A model generated the notes under the pieces. The model was not told where the DNA came from. It searched no databases and saw nothing but the letters and a program-made list of their open reading frames with translations. From contig CAVTHS010000002.1 of NCBI GenBank assembly GCA_963734535.1, positions 128,001-192,000 of the forward strand: a stretch of DNA of 64,000 bases. The letters run 5' to 3'. Both the position numbers and the translations under genes were made by a program. Below, one piece after another: positions 60,179 to 64,000 of this stretch (positions within the stretch are counted from its first letter, which is position 1; each line of letters starts with the position of its first letter). This stretch comes from an uncultured Chloroflexia bacterium. Its GTDB lineage: Bacteria; Chloroflexota; Limnocylindria; Limnocylindrales; CSP1-4.

Positions 60179-60787
60179 ATGAGCATTGGATTGATCGGCC
60201 GCAAGGTCGGCATGACCCAGGTCTTCCAGGCCGACGGCACCATGATCCCGGTCAGCGTCGTGGCCGTGGGGCCGAACACCGTGACGCGTCTTCGGACGCC
60301 GGAACGGGACGGCTACACCGCCGTGCAGCTCGGGATCGAGCCCTCGAAGAAGCTCACCAAGCCCGAGGCCGGGCAGCTCAAGGACCTTCCCAAGGTCGCG
60401 GTGATCCGCGAGTTCCTGCTCGAGGACGTCTCCGAGTACACCGTCGGGCAGACCCTCGACGTCACCCTCTTCGCCGTCGGCGACGTGATCCACGTCACCG
60501 GGACCTCGAAGGGCAAGGGCTTCGCGGGCAACATCAAGCGCAACAACTTCCACCGCGGTCCGAAGACGCACGGCTCCGACCACCATCGCGCGCCGGGCTC
60601 GATCGGCCCGGGCACCACGCCCGGCCGCGTCTACCGGGGCATGCGGATGGCCGGCCACATGGGTGACGAGCGCGTCACCGTCAAGAAGCTGCACGTCGTG
60701 CGGGTCGATACCGAGCGCAACCTCCTCCTCGTGAAGGGGTCGGTGCCGGGAGCGCCCCACGCGCTCGTCCTCGTGAAGAAGGCCTGA
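60179..60787 (+). CDS. rplC: Ribosomal protein L3
   Basis: GRKVGMTQ, SKGKGF, MAGHMG. Confidence 0.98.
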   Translation: MSIGLIGRKVGMTQVFQADGTMIPVSVVAVGPNTVTRLRTPERDGYTAVQLGIEPSKKLTKPEAGQLKDLPKVAVIREFLLEDVSEYTVGQTLDVTLFAVGDVIHVTGTSKGKGFAGNIKRNNFHRGPKTHGSDHHRAPGSIGPGTTPGRVYRGMRMAGHMGDERVTVKKLHVVRVDTERNLLLVKGSVPGAPHALVLVKKA

Positions 60788-60789
60788 CG

Positions 60790-61413
60790 ATGCCGCAGAC
60801 CACGCTCTATGCCCGGACGGGCGAGGCGATCGGAACGGTGGAGCTCTCGGACGAGCTCTTCGCCGCCCCGGTCAACGCCGCCGTCCTCCACCAGGTCGTC
60901 ACGGCGCAGCTCGCCGGGCGCCGCCTGGGTACCAGCGACACGAAGACCCGCGGCGAGGTCCGTGGCGGCGGCGCGAAGCCGTATCGCCAGAAGGGGACCG
61001 GCCGTGCCCGCCAGGGCTCGCGCCGCGCACCGCACTTCGCCGGCGGCGGCGTCGTGTTCGGGCCGCATCCGCGCTCGTACGCGCAGCGCCTGCCACGCAA
61101 GATGAAGCGCCTCGCGCTCCGCGGCGCGCTGACCGCCAAGTTCGGCGGCGACGCCATCCGGGTCCTCGACGCGTTCGGGCTCGAGGCGATCAAGACCAGG
61201 GAGCTCCTTGGCGTGCTCGGCAACCTGAAGGTCGCCGGCCGCGTGCTGATCGTCTCTCCGGCCCGCGACGAGCGGCTGGACCTCTCGGCGCGGAACCTGC
61301 CGCGGGTGGCGGTCCTCCTCGCGGACTCGCTCAACGTCGTGGACCTGCTCAACGCGGACACGATCGTCATCGAGCAGACGGCGCTCGCCCGCCTCGAGGA
61401 GGTGTACGCATGA
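60790..61413 (+). CDS. rplD: Ribosomal protein L4
   Basis: KPYRQKGTGRARQGS, GGGVVFGP. Confidence 0.98.
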   Translation: MPQTTLYARTGEAIGTVELSDELFAAPVNAAVLHQVVTAQLAGRRLGTSDTKTRGEVRGGGAKPYRQKGTGRARQGSRRAPHFAGGGVVFGPHPRSYAQRLPRKMKRLALRGALTAKFGGDAIRVLDAFGLEAIKTRELLGVLGNLKVAGRVLIVSPARDERLDLSARNLPRVAVLLADSLNVVDLLNADTIVIEQTALARLEEVYA

Positions 61414-61712
61414 CGCTCACCGCCCACGAGGTGATCGTGCGGCCGATCATCAGCGAGAAGTCGATGGATGAGTCCGGCCGCGGCAAGTACACGTTCGAAG
61501 TGCACGGCGACGCCTCGAAGATCCAGGTCAAGGCGGCCGTCGAGGAGCTCTTCAAGGTCCAGGTCACCGCGGTCAACGTCCTCACGACGAAGGCCAAGGA
61601 GAAGCGTCGCGGTACCAAGCGCGGCCGGATCACGGGCTGGACCACGCCCTGGCGCAAGGCGATCGTGACGCTCGCCGCGGGCCAGAAGATCGAATTCTTC
61701 GAGGGGGTGTAG
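61410..61712 (+). CDS. rplW: Ribosomal protein L23
   Basis: [23 protein letters not shown]. Confidence 0.97.
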   Translation: MTLTAHEVIVRPIISEKSMDESGRGKYTFEVHGDASKIQVKAAVEELFKVQVTAVNVLTTKAKEKRRGTKRGRITGWTTPWRKAIVTLAAGQKIEFFEGV

Positions 61713-61714
61713 CG

Positions 61715-62545
61715 ATGCCGCTCCGCAGCTACAAGCCCACGTCGGCCGGCCGGCGGTTCATGACGCGCTCGACCTTCGAGGAGATCACCACCAAGGAGCC
61801 CTACAAGCCGCTGCTCGAGCCGAAGAAGCGTGGCTCGGGTCGCAACAACCAGGGCCGCCTCACCGTCCGTCATCGCGGCGGCGGCGAGAAGCAGCACTAC
61901 CGGATCATCGACTTCAAGCGCGACAAGGTCGGCGTGCCGGCGAAGATCGCCACCGTGGAGTACGACCCGAACCGGTCGGCCCGCATCGGCCTTCTCCACT
62001 ACCGGGATGGCGAGAAGCGCTACATGCTCCTGCCCCACGGCCTCAAGGTCGGCGACCTCGTGGTCGCCGGGCCCGACGCCGAGGCCCGGGTGGGGAACGC
62101 CCTGCCACTCTCGAGCATCCCGCTCGGCACCACCATCCACAACATCGAGCTCGTGCCCGGCAAGGGCGGCCAGATCGTCCGCTCGGCGGGTGGCGCGGCG
62201 CAGCTCCTCGCGAAGGAAGGCGACTACGCCACCGTCCGACTCCCGTCGGGCGAGATGCGTCGCGTCCCGCTGCGCTGCGTGGCGACGATCGGGCAGGTCT
62301 CCAACCTGGACCACGAGAACCAGAGCCTCGGGAAGGCCGGCCGGGCCCGCCACATGGGCCTTCGTCCGGAGACCCGGGGCGTCGCGATGACCCCGCGCGA
62401 CCATCCGCACGGCGGCGGCGAGGGCAAGTCCCCGACGGGAATGCCCCCCAAGACGCCGTGGGGAAAGCCGGCGATGGGGTACCGGACGCGGCGCGCGACG
62501 ACAGGCGATCGCCTGATCGTCCGGTCGCGGCACCGCAAGTCGTAG
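61715..62545 (+). CDS. rplB: Ribosomal protein L2
   Basis: [23 protein letters not shown]. Confidence 0.98.
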   Translation: MPLRSYKPTSAGRRFMTRSTFEEITTKEPYKPLLEPKKRGSGRNNQGRLTVRHRGGGEKQHYRIIDFKRDKVGVPAKIATVEYDPNRSARIGLLHYRDGEKRYMLLPHGLKVGDLVVAGPDAEARVGNALPLSSIPLGTTIHNIELVPGKGGQIVRSAGGAAQLLAKEGDYATVRLPSGEMRRVPLRCVATIGQVSNLDHENQSLGKAGRARHMGLRPETRGVAMTPRDHPHGGGEGKSPTGMPPKTPWGKPAMGYRTRRATTGDRLIVRSRHRKS

Positions 62546-62558
62546 GAGGAGCAGAAGC

Positions 62559-62843
62559 ATGTCGCGTTCGGTCAAGAAAGGACCGTTCGTCGAGGCGCGG
62601 CTCCTCGGCCGCGTCCAGGAGATGAACAAGAAGAACGAGCGGAAGATCGTCCGCACGTGGTCCCGCGCCTCGGTCGTCTTCCCGGACTTCATCGGGCACA
62701 CGATCGCCGTCTACAACGGGCGCAAGCACGTGCCGGTCTACGTCACCGAGAACATGGTCGGTCATCGGCTGGGCGAGTTCGCCCCGACCCGCACGTTCCG
62801 CGGGCACGACAAGAAGACCGACCGCGCCACGGCCGTGCGGTAG
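62559..62843 (+). CDS. rpsS: Ribosomal protein S19
   Basis: [22 protein letters not shown]. Confidence 0.98.
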   Translation: MSRSVKKGPFVEARLLGRVQEMNKKNERKIVRTWSRASVVFPDFIGHTIAVYNGRKHVPVYVTENMVGHRLGEFAPTRTFRGHDKKTDRATAVR

Positions 62844-62854
62844 GGGACGAGAAC

Positions 62855-63193
62855 GTGCGCGTTTCTGCCACTGCCAAGTACCTCCGCGGGTCAACCCGCA
62901 AGGCGAACCTCGTCGCGTCCGCCATCCGTGGGCGCCGGGTCGAGGACGCGAGCGCGATCCTGCGCTTCATGCCGCAGGGGGCCGCGCGCGATATCGCGCG
63001 CGTCCTCGCGAGCGCGACCGCGAACGCCGAGAACAACCACAACCTCGCGGCCGAGGATCTCGTGATCGTCGAGGCCCACGCGAACGAGGGGCCCACCCTC
63101 AAGCGCTGGAAGCCGCGAGCCCAGGGACGGGCCTTCGCCATCCACAAGCCGATGACCCACATCACCATCGTCCTCGAAGAGCGGGAGGCCTGA
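62855..63193 (+). CDS. rplV: Ribosomal protein L22
   Basis: [26 protein letters not shown]. Confidence 0.97.
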   Translation: MRVSATAKYLRGSTRKANLVASAIRGRRVEDASAILRFMPQGAARDIARVLASATANAENNHNLAAEDLVIVEAHANEGPTLKRWKPRAQGRAFAIHKPMTHITIVLEEREA

Positions 63194-63194
63194 C

Positions 63195-63884
63195 ATGGGA
63201 CACAAGGTCCACCCGTACGGCTTCCGCCTCGGGACGAGCCGCACCTGGTCCGCGAAGTGGTACGCCGACAAGGACTACGCGACGCTGCTCCAGGAAGACC
63301 TCGCCATGCGCAAGCTCATCGAGCGGCGCCTGGCGAACGCCAGCGTCGGCGGCGTCGAGATCGAGCGCGGCATCAACTACGTGACGGTGACGATCCACAC
63401 GGCCAAGCCGGGGATCGTGATCGGCAAGGGCGGTGCGAACGTCGAGATCCTGCGCAAGCAGATCGGCGACCTCACGAAGCCCCGCAAGGTGAAGCTCGAG
63501 ATCAAGGAGATCCGCCAGCCGGAGCTGGACGCCTACCTGGTGGCCGCCAACGTCGCCCAGCAGCTGAGCCGCCGGATCGCCTTCCGCAAGGCCATGAAGC
63601 AGGCCATCCAGCGGACGATGAAGGCCGGCGCGAAGGGCGTGAAGATCGCCGTCGCCGGTCGCCTCGGTGGCTCCGAGATGGCCCGGCGCGAGTGGGACCG
63701 CGAGGGTCGCATCCCGCTCGGCACGCTCCGCGCGGACATCAGCTACGGCTACGTGCTGTCGCGGACCACGTACGGCACGATCGGCGTCAAGGTCTGGATC
63801 TACCGGGGCGACGTGCCCGACCAGCGGATCGCGCGACCGGTGGCCGCCCCGGCCATCGCGCCCGTCGCGGCCCAGGGGGCATGA
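63195..63884 (+). CDS. rpsC: Ribosomal protein S3
   Basis: [32 protein letters not shown]. Confidence 0.98.
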   Translation: MGHKVHPYGFRLGTSRTWSAKWYADKDYATLLQEDLAMRKLIERRLANASVGGVEIERGINYVTVTIHTAKPGIVIGKGGANVEILRKQIGDLTKPRKVKLEIKEIRQPELDAYLVAANVAQQLSRRIAFRKAMKQAIQRTMKAGAKGVKIAVAGRLGGSEMARREWDREGRIPLGTLRADISYGYVLSRTTYGTIGVKVWIYRGDVPDQRIARPVAAPAIAPVAAQGA

Positions 63885-63888
63885 CGCC

Positions 63889-64000
63889 ATGCTGATGCCC
63901 CGTCGCGTCAAGCATCGGAAGGTCATGCGCGGCCGGATGGCCGGGATGTCCAAGGGTGGCACGGCCGTCTCCTTCGGGGAGTTCGGCCTCATCACCCTCG
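63889..64000 (+). CDS. rplP: Ribosomal protein L16, 3'-truncated by the window edge
   Basis: [16 protein letters not shown]...FGEFGL. Confidence 0.95.
   Translation, partial: MLMPRRVKHRKVMRGRMAGMSKGGTAVSFGEFGLITL

Overview
Core-genome window from a very GC-rich bacterium with Terrabacteria-type gene order and a large SRP RNA. Probably Chloroflexota; this is an inference, and the 16S should be classified. In order it holds: a trp operon (trpE partial, trpG, trpD, an apparent trpC-trpF-trpB triple fusion, trpA) converging on a complete shikimate operon (aroF-aroA-aroE-aroC-aroKB-aroQ-chorismate mutase); tRNA-Ser/Arg; panB plus a coupled uncharacterised protein; a beta-hydroxyacid dehydrogenase; a tadA homologue; two tRNA-Ser; ffs-dnaX-ybaB-recR; a full rRNA operon (16S, tRNA-Ile, tRNA-Ala, 23S, 5S); LysM, Fpg/Nei, rpsA; clpC-radA-PIN/TRAM-ispDF-cysS-rlmB; tRNAs, tuf-rpmG-secE-nusG-rplKAJL-rpoBC; and the str and S10 operons. 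No mobile element or CRISPR array was seen. Many single-base indels break even essential genes and look like assembly-consensus errors. Most notable: (1) a Phe-rich leader peptide plus terminator (ribosome-dependent attenuator) in front of the whole shikimate operon; (2) a syntenic TadA lacking its catalytic Glu (HAE to HAI), together with a tRNA-Arg carrying a GCG instead of ACG anticodon; (3) the TrpC-TrpF-TrpB fusion; (4) a panB-coupled unknown enzyme; (5) RpoB with Ser at the rifampicin-contact His.
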